This document shows, piece by piece, positions 63,228 through 64,000 of a DNA stretch of 64,000 bases (position 1 is its first letter; the number at the start of each line of letters is the position of its first letter). The DNA is taken from contig NC_043010.1 of assembly GCF_006345805.1 (NCBI RefSeq), positions 10,664,001-10,728,000 on the forward strand, in the 5' to 3' direction. This stretch comes from Octopus sinensis (taxonomy: Eukaryota). The notes under the pieces were generated by a model that was not told where the DNA came from, made no database searches, and was given only the letters and a program-made list of their open reading frames with translations. Both the position numbers and the translations under genes were made by a program.

Positions 63228-63719
63228 GGCACAGGAGTGGCTGTGTGGTAAGTAGCTTGCTTACCATCCACATGGCAACTTGGGCAAGTGTCTTCTACTA
63301 TAGCCTTGGGCTGACCAAAGCCTTGTGAGTGGATTTGGTAGACGAAAACTGAAAGAAGCCTGTCGTATATACGTATGTGTCTGTGTATATGTTTGTGTGT
63401 GTGTGTTTGTCCCCCTAGCATTGCTTGACAACAGATGCTGGTTTGTTTATGTCCCTGTAACTTAGTGATTCGGCAAAAGAGACCGATAAAATAAGTACTA
63501 GGCTTACAAAGAATAAGGCCTCCCAACATCGCCTGACAACCGATGCTGGTGTGTTTACGTCCCCCGTAACTTAGCGGTTCGGCAAAAATGAGACCGATAG
63601 AATAAGTACTGGGCTTACAAAGAATAAGTCCCAGGGTTGATTTGCTCAACTAAAGGTGGTGCTCCAGTACGGCCACAGTCAAATGACTGAAACAAGTAAA
63701 AGAGTAAAAGAGTAAAAGA
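63228..63719 (+). mobile_element. SINE family A with a head deletion and an internal ~110-bp duplication
   Basis: GACAAC.GATGCTGG...ACAAAGAATAAG occurs twice. Confidence 0.8.
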
Positions 63720-64000
63720 CCATCAGCATGGCTGCAGCTATGAGCTGAAACTACAGCAAAAAAAAAAAAAGAAGGCTGTGGCTTTTGAATCGACCGAGGT
63801 TTATCTCTCTTCAATATTTCCTATTGAGGAAAGCTAAGGAGCCAGAAATGGCTATCTCGGAATCCAATTGGGAGAGGCACTGGGCAGATATGGTATTTTT
63901 ACATCTTTTATCATAAGAGGGAATTTTTGTTCTCCACAGTAACTGCAGTGAATTTGTCTTTAGAAGCTAAAATATATCAGAAACATATTTAAACTAACCT

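Overview
AT-rich, microsatellite-dense eukaryotic DNA with no convincing host protein-coding exon; it is probably intronic or intergenic. The repeat families (tRNA-headed SINEs of the OK/OR type, RTE tails, the 5S sequence) point to an octopus or other coleoid cephalopod genome, which is an inference. Family labels A-E are my working names. The window is a nested transposon landscape: about 17 copies of SINE family A, about 15 units of SINE family B, a modular tRNA-headed SINE group D, and RTE 3'-end copies (family C), one of which is expanded into a ~38 x 61-bp VNTR. It also holds RTE, CR1 and Tx1 LINE remnants, mariner, DD37D, DD41D, hAT and Helitron remnants, and piggyBac-like and foldback MITEs. 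Three things stand out. (1) A TSD-flanked chimeric retrocopy [pre-5S rRNA + SINE-B + 5'-clipped SINE-B], together with a SINE-B dimer junction that recurs at four loci, suggests serial end-to-end RNA capture by a non-LTR reverse transcriptase. (2) At least three unrelated non-coding families sit in (TA)n tracts and carry Penelope-type minimal hammerhead ribozyme motifs. (3) An RTE retroelement carries an SVA-like expandable VNTR in its 3' UTR. Coordinates were read by eye and element ends may be off by a few bases.
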